From IMG/VR virus record IMGVR_UViG_3300036861_000805, positions 1 to 64,000 of that record: a stretch of 64,000 nucleotides of DNA. One strand, written 5' to 3'. Made by a program: the position numbers and the translations under genes. The notes below the pieces were generated by a model. The model worked only from the letters and a program-made list of their open reading frames with translations. It ran no database searches and was not told where the DNA came from. Below are positions 34,429 through 43,829 of the stretch, piece after piece (positions within the stretch are counted from its first letter, which is position 1; every line of letters begins with the position of its first letter). Origin of the DNA: a virus.

Positions 34429-34486
34429 AAGGGCTGGGGGAGGCTCCGCTTTGCGGGGCCTCTCTCTTTATCAGTCTGAGAATGCA

Positions 34487-34510
34487 AAGGCCCCGCTGGG
34501 ACGGGGCCTC
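34487..34510 (-). terminator. terminator hairpin between the convergent arms
   Basis: AAAGGCCCCG-CTGGGA-CGGGGCCTC. Confidence 0.45.
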
Positions 34511-34560
34511 CGCACATCACTTGGGGAGAAGATGCGGCTTTCGCCGAAAGCGTACTCCCT

Positions 34561-34995
34561 TCAGACACCTTTCGCTGGCGCCGGACTCTCACCCTTCGTC
34601 CCGAGAGCAACCACAGCGCGGAAGGCTGCGGCGATGGCCCCCGTGATCGCGGCCGTCACCAGGGCACGCCAGGTGCCGAGATCGGGCGCCTGGTTGATGA
34701 GATCCGTCGTCGAGACGATCAGCGTTCCGACAAACGTCACCGAGAAGAGATCGATCCTCGAGACCCACGCTAGCGGCACTCCCAGAGGAGTGAGCAACGT
34801 TCCCCAGGAGAACTCCGAGAGGAAGGCCTTGATGACGAGTAGGCCTGCGGCGATGGACGCTCCCAGAGCGGCCACGCCGAGGGCCCGTGCATCAGCAAGA
34901 TTGGGCGCCTCCCAGATGCCGGGCATATAGGTCAGAAGTGAAGCGAGAAACGCGAGGATGAACCCCTTCCCCGCCTTCTCGAGCCATACGGACAC
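34561..34995 (-). CDS. holin-like membrane protein
   Basis: four hydrophobic helices with an internal duplication (APNL/APDL). Confidence 0.7.
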   Translation of the reverse strand: MSVWLEKAGKGFILAFLASLLTYMPGIWEAPNLADARALGVAALGASIAAGLLVIKAFLSEFSWGTLLTPLGVPLAWVSRIDLFSVTFVGTLIVSTTDLINQAPDLGTWRALVTAAITGAIAAAFRAVVALGTKGESPAPAKGV

Positions 34996-35045
34996 ACCGA
35001 CTCCTTTCGTTGGCTAGCCGAAAGGAAGTCTGACGTGTCTGGCGG

Positions 35046-35474
35046 CTAGATGATCGAGCCGCGACGAAAAAGGAGAGCTACGGCGTGCACGGTATTGCGA
35101 GCACCGAGCTTGCGCGCCGCCTTCTGCTGGTGAAACTTGACGGTCTGAATGGCCAAGCCGAGCTGCGCGGCGACATCCTTCATCTGGTAGCCGTCAGCGA
35201 GCAGCATCATCACTTCTAGCTCACGGGCTGTGAGATCCTCTTCATCAACGCTGGGAGAACGGCGATGAGGCAGTGCCGCCTCGCCATACGCCTCGATAGC
35301 TTTGATTGCCCCCACGATCGCGTCCGTAACCTTCGCGCCAGGATCCGGAGGGTTCCAGCCAGCCTTGAGGAACGCCTTCACTACACGGCCCCAGAAGACG
35401 CGCGGATTCTGCTCCAACAGTCTCTGGAGATCTTCTTGACTCAGGAAGTGGTCTCCATTCTCGAGAGCACACAC
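35046..35474 (-). CDS. LuxR-type HTH regulator
   Basis: LTARELEVMMLLADG...TVKFH...KLGARNTVHAV. Confidence 0.85.
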   Translation of the reverse strand: MCALENGDHFLSQEDLQRLLEQNPRVFWGRVVKAFLKAGWNPPDPGAKVTDAIVGAIKAIEAYGEAALPHRRSPSVDEEDLTARELEVMMLLADGYQMKDVAAQLGLAIQTVKFHQQKAARKLGARNTVHAVALLFRRGSII

Positions 35475-36160
35475 GCCTCGCCGTACTCGCCGAGGAGTCT
35501 CTCCAGAATGGTGAGTTCGAGCCAGACGACGCGCGGGTAGTCCTCGCCCCAGGAATTCAGAAGAGGCACGCCACCTATCTCCGCATAGTTCGGAGAGGCG
35601 AGCGCCTCAAGAATCTCGTCTACGCTTCCAGCCCAGCGGTACTCCCCGATTCCGTAAACGGGATTCGGTTCCTCTTTTTCCCGTCTGCTCCAGAGCACAG
35701 AACCCTGCGAGTTGAGGATGCGTGCGCCGGCGTCGATCGAGGTGCCGTTGTTATCGCCAGGATTGGTGTCGTCCCATTCGTCCGAGGCCTTGGCCTGGTT
35801 CCAGAGCCACGCGCCATCAAAGAGCACCTTGTAGAACTGCGTGATCGCCCTCGAGAGCGAGAAGCCGACGCAGGCCGACAGGCGTCCCTGGTTGTAGAAG
35901 TGGTACCAAGCGTCGCGATCCGGGAGTTGGCCGTTATCGACGAGGATCGCGTGTCCTCCTTCGATTATGCCCAGGTTCGGCCGCCTGACCCACCAACGGT
36001 TGTCGAAGAATTCTGGCTTGTCGCAGCTTGAGTACCAGTTGATCCCGAGGACAACGGGGGTGCGTCGGAAGCGCTCGGGCTCGGGCGCAGCCGCAAGTGG
36101 GTAGCGCTCGACGTGCCGCCAGGTCGTCGGGGTTCTCCTGCCGAATCCTGTTTCGCTCAC
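35441..36160 (-). CDS. papain-like (C1A) cysteine peptidase with rearranged motif order
   Basis: GGHAI, NQGRLSACVGFS, LLNSWG. Confidence 0.75.
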   Translation of the reverse strand: MSETGFGRRTPTTWRHVERYPLAAAPEPERFRRTPVVLGINWYSSCDKPEFFDNRWWVRRPNLGIIEGGHAILVDNGQLPDRDAWYHFYNQGRLSACVGFSLSRAITQFYKVLFDGAWLWNQAKASDEWDDTNPGDNNGTSIDAGARILNSQGSVLWSRREKEEPNPVYGIGEYRWAGSVDEILEALASPNYAEIGGVPLLNSWGEDYPRVVWLELTILERLLGEYGEACVLSRMETTS

Positions 36161-37005
36161 AGCAGCTTCAACTCCTCGTTCGTGAGAGGTGGACGGACGG
36201 TGAACATGTATTCCCCCGGAAAACGGGAGTAACCGCGCAGCGACTCGATTAGCTCCGGCGCTCGCTCAGATCCGTTTGAGCCCCATTCGGCGGTATCGAA
36301 GGTCCCGGGCTTGATGCACTGGATGACGTGGCGCTCGCTGTGGAAGTGAGCCAGGTCCCCAACCCGGAAGGGGCTCCCGATCTTGGGCCAGTCATCCTCG
36401 TGGTCGTCTGTATTCCCTGCGCCCGAGTAGTTGTACTTCGAGGGATCGGGAACAATGATCCCGCTCTTCGTCTGCGCATAGCGGCTCGACTGCACGACCA
36501 TCGCCGAGCAGTCACTCTCACCACCGGCTTCGGGATCGACCGTGGGATCAAACAGCCGATGCTGATCGTAGTGCCAGCGGTCAGCGTTGGCGATGGTCTT
36601 GCGCCAGAAATCGTTGATCCAGAACTGCACCTTGGCAAGAGCCGTTCCCACGGCGATGAGCCCCGCCTCGTCCTGGACGATCTTGCGCGAGTAGAAGTCG
36701 AGCGCATACTCGCCCTTGTGCGGGCCCGTGGGCACGCGTCGCGTGCGGATGTGCTCCCACACCTCCTTGCCATAGCTGCCGTCCCGCGGATCCGTCTTCT
36801 TGCGGATCCCCTGGTTGATCTTGAGGTCGGCAACGAGTTCCCACAGATTGCGGTTGTAGTGCTGGTCGTAGTCCGTCCACTCGAGCTTGCCGATGCGCCC
36901 GAAGAAGCGTTTGAGCGCCTCCGCCGTCGGCCCCTTGGACTTGAGCGGCCCCGCCGCCAGACCATAGGGGACGGTGAACGGGAACTGTTCGGGCGTAAGA
37001 CTCAC
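36157..37005 (-). CDS. NlpC/P60-like endolysin
   Basis: HYDQHR...DCSAMV...GNT...GDL...HV. Confidence 0.7.
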   Translation of the reverse strand: MSLTPEQFPFTVPYGLAAGPLKSKGPTAEALKRFFGRIGKLEWTDYDQHYNRNLWELVADLKINQGIRKKTDPRDGSYGKEVWEHIRTRRVPTGPHKGEYALDFYSRKIVQDEAGLIAVGTALAKVQFWINDFWRKTIANADRWHYDQHRLFDPTVDPEAGGESDCSAMVVQSSRYAQTKSGIIVPDPSKYNYSGAGNTDDHEDDWPKIGSPFRVGDLAHFHSERHVIQCIKPGTFDTAEWGSNGSERAPELIESLRGYSRFPGEYMFTVRPPLTNEELKLL

Positions 37006-37610
37006 AGGACGTACTCACCGAGGTAGTCCACGCCCGGCCAATCGGCCCACTGTGCATAGGACGGAGCCGGTTTGCCTTCGACCGGATAAACCCCGAAGAC
37101 GGGCTGCGAGGTCGGCCATCCGAGATCACGCGCGATCCGATCCATGCTGTCGGGAGTCGCGTTTGGGTTCTCGTTCAGATACGCCTCCACGAGACACGTG
37201 AAGCCCGCGTCGATAAGCGGCCGCGCCGCCTCGCGCGACTGCAGGGGCGTGTTGAAGTTCGTGCAGATGGCGAGCGGACACGAGGGAAGCGATCCACCCC
37301 CAGCGCCCTTGATGACGTTCATGATGCCTTCGTAGTCTCCCGGACCTTCGAGCTCGGCGATCGCGAGATCGGCGTTCCCCGGTGTCTTGTAGATACTCCC
37401 GCCCTCCGTGAACCAACACCCCGCGAGAATGCCGCGCGCGTGGAAAGCGGCCACGTATTCGTTCCAGATCGAGCGGTTGTAGGCCTCCGTCGCAGGGTCG
37501 TCCAGCTCAAGCACGACCCATTCGTAGCCCTTCTGCTGAGCGAGCGCCGCCGTCTCGGCTAGTGAGTGGCGGCCGGAGGTATAACCCTTCATCGGCCCCC
37601 ACGCGAGCAT
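37002..37610 (-). CDS. putative glycoside hydrolase-like lysin
   Basis: alpha/beta barrel-like pattern, lysis cassette position. Confidence 0.45.
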   Translation of the reverse strand: MLAWGPMKGYTSGRHSLAETAALAQQKGYEWVVLELDDPATEAYNRSIWNEYVAAFHARGILAGCWFTEGGSIYKTPGNADLAIAELEGPGDYEGIMNVIKGAGGGSLPSCPLAICTNFNTPLQSREAARPLIDAGFTCLVEAYLNENPNATPDSMDRIARDLGWPTSQPVFGVYPVEGKPAPSYAQWADWPGVDYLGEYVL

Positions 37611-37617
37611 TACGCCT

Positions 37618-37941
37618 CTACGGAAAGGGGCGGGAGGGCGGCGCCTCCTTCAACGCCGCGATCTCTGCTCGCATTTCGATGATGGCCTGCCCGTGTGCGT
37701 CGACGTCCCGCTTGATCGCGTCCGTGAAGTCCGCGTTTGCCTTGACGACATCGCGCAGGCCAGTCACGTCGTATTCCTTCTCGCCGCCGACCCAGCGCTT
37801 CCACAGCGGTAGCTTCGACGTGAAGCCCTTGCCGAGCACCTTCTTCGAGAGGTCGTCGATGCGTACCACGAGCGCGTTCATGTCCGCGCCGGTGGGCGGC
37901 TGTGTCGGCTTAGCGCTTGCCTGAAGCTTCTTCTTCGGCAC
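37618..37941 (-). CDS. hypothetical protein
   Basis: 107-aa ORF in operon. Confidence 0.6.
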   Translation of the reverse strand: MPKKKLQASAKPTQPPTGADMNALVVRIDDLSKKVLGKGFTSKLPLWKRWVGGEKEYDVTGLRDVVKANADFTDAIKRDVDAHGQAIIEMRAEIAALKEAPPSRPFP

Positions 37942-38000
37942 GAGGAGAAGAGTAGTCCTAGTTCAGGACGACGATGGAGGGCACGTCATGCTTATGTGCC

Positions 38001-38684
38001 CTACTTCGACTTGCAGGGTGGCGGCTTCCCGTTCGTACAGGGCTTCGGCGAGGGTGGGTTGGGCGGCTCCGGTGTCCCCGGAGGGCCCGGGTTTCCCGGC
38101 GGCCCCGGCGGCCCGGGTGTCCCCGGCGGCCCCTGACCCTCGGCCCCCGGCGGGCCCTGTGGTCCCGCTGGTCCTGTCGGCCCGGCCGGTCCTGCGGCGC
38201 CCGCTGGCCCCTGTACCCCCCTGCAGATCATCGGGTGCGCCAGGCAGAAAGTGCGAATGGCGACCGCGAGCTCGCGTTCTGTTGGAGCGCGTCCTACCGC
38301 ACCGGTCGTACCCATGCGCCCTCGGCAGGGATCGCTGGCGCTGTTGCAGAAGACCGTGATGGCGCGTACTAGCTGCGCCCGCGTCGGATCGGGCCCGCGT
38401 GCTCCTTGCGGACCTGCCGGCCCGCGCGCCCCGACTTCCCCCGGCTTCACTTTCTTGGCGGCAAAGCGGCGCTCGAGCGCGTCGATACAGGCTTTCTCCC
38501 TCAGTCCTGCGCACACGCCTGTCCGAATGATCCGCTCGGTCGTCTGTACGCGCCGCTCCGTCTGCCACTGCTTATACGCACTCGCCGCCTGGGCGGTGGC
38601 TACGAGAACGAACAGCGCGACAATGACGATGCCTAGGGCATTGCGCGCTCGCATCTCTCCCTGCTCGAACTCAGGTGCGCTCAT
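38001..38684 (-). CDS. membrane-anchored collagen-like protein
   Basis: TM helix plus GPx repeats. Confidence 0.75.
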   Translation of the reverse strand: MSAPEFEQGEMRARNALGIVIVALFVLVATAQAASAYKQWQTERRVQTTERIIRTGVCAGLREKACIDALERRFAAKKVKPGEVGARGPAGPQGARGPDPTRAQLVRAITVFCNSASDPCRGRMGTTGAVGRAPTERELAVAIRTFCLAHPMICRGVQGPAGAAGPAGPTGPAGPQGPPGAEGQGPPGTPGPPGPPGNPGPPGTPEPPNPPSPKPCTNGKPPPCKSK

Positions 38685-39090
38685 TCGAACCTTTCAGGAT
38701 CCGACGAATGACCTTTCTGTCGTGCCAATCAAGGGAGCTTTGAACCGCGACAAGCAGAGCGATGGCGATCAGTCCTGCCGTGATGATGAGCCCTACGGTA
38801 CTCACGCGGGCTGGGCCTGGAATAGCTGGAGGCTGGAGCCCAGCGTAAAGACCGATCGAGACAACAATCACTGCCTGTGCGATCCGCAGAACCTCACGGC
38901 GCAAGTAGCCGCGCGCGAGCAAGTGCAAGTCCTCCGCTCCTAGCGCTCTCGCATAGCGGTAGTCCAACCAAAGCGCACGAACACGCAGGCTCGCGACGCA
39001 GAGAGCAAGGAGCCCTGCACCAAACCAGATCGCTTCGATCAGCGTCCAATCGCCCCATTGCGGTATCTCGATCAAGGTCGTCGCCATCAT
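38671..39090 (-). CDS. membrane protein
   Basis: three TM helices. Confidence 0.7.
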   Translation of the reverse strand: MMATTLIEIPQWGDWTLIEAIWFGAGLLALCVASLRVRALWLDYRYARALGAEDLHLLARGYLRREVLRIAQAVIVVSIGLYAGLQPPAIPGPARVSTVGLIITAGLIAIALLVAVQSSLDWHDRKVIRRILKGSNERT

Positions 39091-39254
39091 TCGCTCGCGC
39101 TTTTTCTGCGCCGGGGATCGAAGAGATCACGCTCCCGACGCAGATGCTCTACGCGGGCCAAGCGGCGCTCGTGGTCATGGAGCTGCTGCTCATGTTCAAC
39201 GAGCCTCTTCTCAATTGCCTCGTCGCTGATGCGGCGCTTGCGTACTAGTCTCAT
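39087..39254 (-). CDS. small coiled-coil protein
   Basis: ATGA overlaps both sides; MRLVRKRRISDEAIEKRL. Confidence 0.55.
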   Translation of the reverse strand: MRLVRKRRISDEAIEKRLVEHEQQLHDHERRLARVEHLRRERDLFDPRRRKSASE

Positions 39255-39466
39255 CGTTTTCGCTCCGCAGCCTCCAGGGCCCTTTGCGCGATTTCAGCCT
39301 GTTTGTAGACAAGATCCATTGCTCGGTCTCGCTCGGCCAGCACTCTCCCGTGTGCGGCTCCGCTGACGATCCAGCCGCGGATGAAAGCGAGCGCAAAGAA
39401 GGCGAGAATTCCAAGCGCGCCCGCATTCGAGAGCCACTGAAGCAGTGGATCGGGCGTTTGTGCCAA
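39251..39466 (-). CDS. small holin-like membrane protein
   Basis: GALGILAFFALAFIRGWIV. Confidence 0.65.
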   Translation of the reverse strand: MAQTPDPLLQWLSNAGALGILAFFALAFIRGWIVSGAAHGRVLAERDRAMDLVYKQAEIAQRALEAAERKR

Positions 39467-39562
39467 CTCACTGATCAGGGCTTGTCTTTGACACCGGCTG
39501 CCTCCCCATTATCTCCCCGGAAGCGTATGCTCGCCTGCGGACGCCTCTAGTCGGGTTCGGGA

Positions 39563-40156
39563 TCAGCGGTTACTTGCGAAGACCCCATAGAAGCAATCGC
39601 CTACTGCTCCGTCCTCGTTGAGATGAGCCACGAACCCGGGGGCTCCAAGCCATTCCTCAAGTTGCTCTCGATGAAGTTCCTGGGGATGGCCTTCCCTCGC
39701 CGGCATGTTGAGCCACTCGAAGATTCTGATCGTCGCAGCGGCGGCTTTAGCTCGAGCAATGATTCGACCCGGATCTTTCGCATGGGTCAGCACGTTGTAG
39801 ATCCAGGCGTCATCAAATGCTTGCCGCCCGGTGGTGCCGTTCTTGCTCGCAACGAAGTCCTCTCCCTCTTCGGATTTCAAGGCAACTCCATGAGCCTTGT
39901 AGCGAGCCTTCACCCAAGGCGGGTAGGGGGCGGGATCGACTACCAGCACCCGGCCAAAGTTCACGCACTTGAGAAGAAGCGAGACGGGCCCGCCGCCGAT
40001 GTCAACGACAGAACGTCCGCCGAGATCGAAGGTCGGAGGATGCGCACAGTTCCAACTCGCGAGTAATCCCATGCGGGGCGCGTATGCGAGTTGCTTCTGC
40101 TCCTCATGAAAGCTATTGCAACAGTCCCCGAACCACTCAGCGTCGAACGAAGGCAA
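39563..40156 (-). CDS. class I SAM methyltransferase
   Basis: VVDIGGG, VVDP, NVLTH. Confidence 0.8.
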   Translation of the reverse strand: MPSFDAEWFGDCCNSFHEEQKQLAYAPRMGLLASWNCAHPPTFDLGGRSVVDIGGGPVSLLLKCVNFGRVLVVDPAPYPPWVKARYKAHGVALKSEEGEDFVASKNGTTGRQAFDDAWIYNVLTHAKDPGRIIARAKAAAATIRIFEWLNMPAREGHPQELHREQLEEWLGAPGFVAHLNEDGAVGDCFYGVFASNR

Positions 40157-40715
40157 GGCCGCTCCATCTCCAGTAGCCGTGCGGAACGAATTCCATCGTC
40201 TTGCGCGTCAGACGTTTGTCGTGACGGAAGCCGATCTCCGCCAGATGCTCGATCCAGTAGCCGTCATTCTTGCAATTGACGTGGTGGTGGCCGCCTTGCC
40301 CAGGTTGTCCATGCGTCATGAGCAGAATCTTCGCGGCCCGGAAAGTGGCGAAGAAGTTCGACATATAGCGCTCTTCGACGTGCTCCACGAATTCGCATGA
40401 CCAGCAAAGATCGAACTCGCGGCCAGGGACGTAGGGGCCCTTCGTGTAGTCGTGCTGCACAATCCAGGGATCGCCTTGTGGCATACCCTCGACTCCGAGA
40501 ACGTCGCAGCCGAGATCGCGGAAGTAGCGGAGCGCATGCCCCTCACCGCAGCCGACGTCGATCACGGAGCGGACCTTGCGACGCTTCACGATCCAGGACC
40601 ACAGCTGCGGACAGTAGCTTCCGGCGTCTCCTCCGACGAGATAACCGCCGAGATGACCAGCCTTGAGCATGTTGCTGACCATGATGGGCTTCCGAGGAGT
40701 TCCGAATTCACTCAC
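40137..40715 (-). CDS. class I SAM methyltransferase
   Basis: VIDVGCGEG, FDLCWSCEFVEHV. Confidence 0.85.
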   Translation of the reverse strand: MSEFGTPRKPIMVSNMLKAGHLGGYLVGGDAGSYCPQLWSWIVKRRKVRSVIDVGCGEGHALRYFRDLGCDVLGVEGMPQGDPWIVQHDYTKGPYVPGREFDLCWSCEFVEHVEERYMSNFFATFRAAKILLMTHGQPGQGGHHHVNCKNDGYWIEHLAEIGFRHDKRLTRKTMEFVPHGYWRWSGLAFVRR

Positions 40716-40727
40716 CGACTTCTCCTC

Positions 40728-41843
40728 TTACTCGAAGAATCCCGTCGCCCAGAGTGTGTCAAGTTGATCGAACCAACGCATGAACATCGAGCCGACAGCC
40801 TCAAGCGAGAACCGCGTAATCGCATAACTTCGGATCGCCTGTCGGTCGAGACTGACCACCTCCTCGACTGCAGCTGCGCCCTGCTTGGGGGTGCGAAAGA
40901 GTCTCCCGCTGGCGGGACTAAGAAGTTCGGGGAAGGCCCCCCAGTCCGAAGCTACGACCGGCGCACCGGCAAGCATGGCCTCGACGGCGACACCACCGAA
41001 GGGCTCGATGTACTTGGTGGGCACGAGTACGGCTGCGGCTTTGGCCATCAATTCCGCACGTTCGGCGAAGTGCACTTCTCCCACGTATTCGAGATCGCCT
41101 GTGATCTCGTCCCCTTCGTAGTTCACGACCCTGCCCTTGCTCCACTCTCGAGCGCCAGGGCCCGCGATGATGAGCTTGCGTCCTGCACGTTCGGCGATCA
41201 TGGCCGCGATGTCGACACCCTTACGCTGGATCACGCGGCCCATGTAGAGGAGATAATCGCCGGGTTCGGCGAGGTAGAACTGCGCCGGCTCGAAGAAGTT
41301 CGGGATCACCTGGTGGTAAGCGGGGCCATCGGTGATTCGGCGCAACCCGTACACGTGGTGCATCCAGGCATAGCTCTCGAAAGCGGAGAAGGGACTCCAG
41401 AATCCCTCGTAGCCGATTCCGTATTCGACGCAGAGCGGGCCGCGCCGACAGTCATCTCCTGAGATCGCCTGCCCGATCGGCTGCTGCGTTCCGGTGATGA
41501 GGCATAGATAGTCGCGCTCGCGCATGCGTTCTCGGATCGCATCGATGGCCTTGACTGCGGGCTCTTGCCAGTACGGTAGGGCGGCGTCCCACTCGAAGGG
41601 TGTGCCCGCAGTGTTGAAGCCTTCCCCGAAACCCCAGCGCTCGCGGTCGGCTTGGGTCGTGATGACGACGTGCTCGGTCGCGCGGAAGTAGTCATCCGTG
41701 ATGTCCGGTCCGTACGAGAAGACTTCGCAACCCTGATCGAGCATCATCGGACAGAAGCGATGGTGCTTCATGGTGTAGGCACAAGTCGAATGTTGCTCGG
41801 TCAGCGTTGTGTGCGGCAACGAGATGACATGCAGGCGTCTCAT
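40728..41843 (-). CDS. GT4-family glycosyltransferase
   Basis: MGRVIQRKG, EPFGGVAVEAMLAGAPVV. Confidence 0.9.
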   Translation of the reverse strand: MRRLHVISLPHTTLTEQHSTCAYTMKHHRFCPMMLDQGCEVFSYGPDITDDYFRATEHVVITTQADRERWGFGEGFNTAGTPFEWDAALPYWQEPAVKAIDAIRERMRERDYLCLITGTQQPIGQAISGDDCRRGPLCVEYGIGYEGFWSPFSAFESYAWMHHVYGLRRITDGPAYHQVIPNFFEPAQFYLAEPGDYLLYMGRVIQRKGVDIAAMIAERAGRKLIIAGPGAREWSKGRVVNYEGDEITGDLEYVGEVHFAERAELMAKAAAVLVPTKYIEPFGGVAVEAMLAGAPVVASDWGAFPELLSPASGRLFRTPKQGAAAVEEVVSLDRQAIRSYAITRFSLEAVGSMFMRWFDQLDTLWATGFFE

Positions 41844-41856
41844 GCCCGCCAGCAGT

Positions 41857-42342
41857 TCAGCTGGCCCGGATGAAGCCCGCGGACAGATCGACGATGATGT
41901 CGTCCCCGTTCGGAACGGCGTAAGAGCCATTCACGATCAGATCATGGGCGCTGACAGGGACGAGGTTCGCATCCGTACCCGCCGTCGTGTCGTTGTCGTA
42001 GGCGATGAGCATCTGCGCCCAGATGTCACCCGCGGAGATGATCGCGAAGGTCTGCACGGGGATCGCGATGGTGATCGAGTTCGTGGTGTCGTCGACCGTG
42101 TAGGCCGCGAGATCGACATCCGTCAACGTCTTGCGGCCGTACCCCACATTCGTGACCTCGTTCGTTGTGCCAGCCAGAACATCGGCGACGGTGTCCTTCG
42201 TCTTCAGGACTGAGGGCTGCTCGAGTCCAGACTCCGCGAGCACCAGCAGGATGAAGGCGCTGTTCGTGGGATCGTTGTTGTTGACGCGGTTGTAGAGCTC
42301 GACCTCGCGTCCCAGAGAGACATTCGCCTGCCACTGGGGCAT
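41857..42342 (-). CDS. virion structural/minor tail protein
   Basis: NEVTNVGYGRKTLT...PNGDDI; position. Confidence 0.65.
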   Translation of the reverse strand: MPQWQANVSLGREVELYNRVNNNDPTNSAFILLVLAESGLEQPSVLKTKDTVADVLAGTTNEVTNVGYGRKTLTDVDLAAYTVDDTTNSITIAIPVQTFAIISAGDIWAQMLIAYDNDTTAGTDANLVPVSAHDLIVNGSYAVPNGDDIIVDLSAGFIRAS

Positions 42343-42494
42343 TACTTCACCGGCCTGGGCGTGATCGTCTGCGGGCCCTTGATCGTGACCTTGGCGGGTA
42401 GCACAGTGCGCCTGGTTAGAACGAGCTCGGGCCGCATCTGCTGTTCGTTGCCGCTGCGAGTTACGGTAGCCTCAAGAACTTCGCTCTTGGACAC
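42342..42494 (-). CDS. small hypothetical protein
   Basis: GTG start, TAATG coupling. Confidence 0.45.
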   Translation of the reverse strand: MSKSEVLEATVTRSGNEQQMRPELVLTRRTVLPAKVTIKGPQTITPRPVK

Positions 42495-42503
42495 GTCAGG
42501 ATC

Positions 42504-43829
42504 CTAGACTCCGTCACGGACGCCGTCGAAGCCTCTGAGACCTCTACCGAAGCCGAGCCCAGCTCGCCGATCCGCATATCTCCAGTTCATGCCCACGATG
42601 GGCTGGAAATCCTCGCCCACCAACTCCGTTACCGTGCCACGATCGCGTGCGCTGTCGTGCGCGAGCCCGCCCGACTGCCGCTGGAAGCTGCCGAAGGCCT
42701 GTGAGTGCCGGTTACCTGCAGTCTGCGGATGACGAAACGGCGGCGCGTCCACATCCTGGAATGAGACGACGCCTTGGTTGAGGGCTGCATCGCAGACCCC
42801 GAAGCCGATGGACGAGCCGTTCGTCGCTGGACTGTACTCCGTTTCCGCGGACTCGTGGGCCAGATCGTTGGCGAAGAACACCAGTCCGCGCGGCAGGTAC
42901 GGCGTCGTGACGCTGCCCGTCTGGCCGCTCGTGTGGTGGTAGACCCAGCGCCCGACGGCGGCATCCTCGAAGGCCATCCACGCGTACTGTCGCGCGATGC
43001 TCCCCTCAACCTTCGTGAAGTTGAGCGTGAAGCCGTCGGCATCCATGGAGTCCAGCTCGGCTGTCACCTGCAAAACGGGGTGATAGTCGGTCACGCCAGG
43101 GATGGGAGCGAAGACGTTTGCATCGCGGGTCATGGCGATGCACTTATCGCCCTGGGCGATCTGGTTCGTGTAGACGTCACCTGAAAGTGAGCCGCACCAG
43201 ATACTGAACTGGTTATTGGCGTCGTCGGCCGCACCGATCATCACCCGCGCCATGCTCGCGTCCGCGATCTCCAGCGTCGTCACTTGCGTCGTTACGAACA
43301 ACACCGCCCCAGGCGTGAAGCCAAGGCCGCTGATGGACTGCAAGCCGGGAGCGCTCGGTGACAACTCAACGCCGCAGTCGTAGCCACCCTGCCCGGCGAG
43401 CGCCAGGTAGAGCACATCTAGGTCGAAAGGCAGCGGGTTCGGCACATTGAAGGCGAAACCATCATCCGCGAAGCCGTTGAAGTCGGCCAGCTCGGGCAAG
43501 ATCTGAAGCTCGCTGAGCCAAGCGCTGCGCTGCGTCGTCGTGAGATAGGGATGGAAGACCTTGGCCCCAAACTGATGCCCCCTGGCTGCCCCGCCGAGGA
43601 AGAAATAGTTGGAGGCCGCGACACCGTTGCCCGGATAGTGCGCAGTGACGATCAGGGCCTCCGGGCGAAAGGCGAGACCCGTCTGCGCCGGGTAGCTCTC
43701 CTCCGGCAACGCACTGCTGAGAGTAATGACGCCAGCCGCCGACTGCCGCTCGCTTCCCATGAGTGCGAGCCAGTGGCGATAGCGGTCGGCGTTCGAGGCA
43801 TTGACTGCCGTGTACTCGAAGCCACTCAT
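42504..43829 (-). CDS. minor tail protein
   Basis: beta-rich repeats (GFTP, DADGFTLNF); ATG 43829. Confidence 0.65.
   Translation of the reverse strand: MSGFEYTAVNASNADRYRHWLALMGSERQSAAGVITLSSALPEESYPAQTGLAFRPEALIVTAHYPGNGVAASNYFFLGGAARGHQFGAKVFHPYLTTTQRSAWLSELQILPELADFNGFADDGFAFNVPNPLPFDLDVLYLALAGQGGYDCGVELSPSAPGLQSISGLGFTPGAVLFVTTQVTTLEIADASMARVMIGAADDANNQFSIWCGSLSGDVYTNQIAQGDKCIAMTRDANVFAPIPGVTDYHPVLQVTAELDSMDADGFTLNFTKVEGSIARQYAWMAFEDAAVGRWVYHHTSGQTGSVTTPYLPRGLVFFANDLAHESAETEYSPATNGSSIGFGVCDAALNQGVVSFQDVDAPPFRHPQTAGNRHSQAFGSFQRQSGGLAHDSARDRGTVTELVGEDFQPIVGMNWRYADRRAGLGFGRGLRGFDGVRDGV

Larger units (their letters stand above)
3033..34482. promoter_or_regulatory. dispersed 15-bp palindrome TT(C/A)TCA-GAC-TGA(G/T)AA, 14 copies
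   Basis: Starts at 3033,4409,4790,5393,5774,6278,6394,7634,8141,10299,12494,15004,20088,34468; weaker copy at 49890. Confidence 0.8.
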
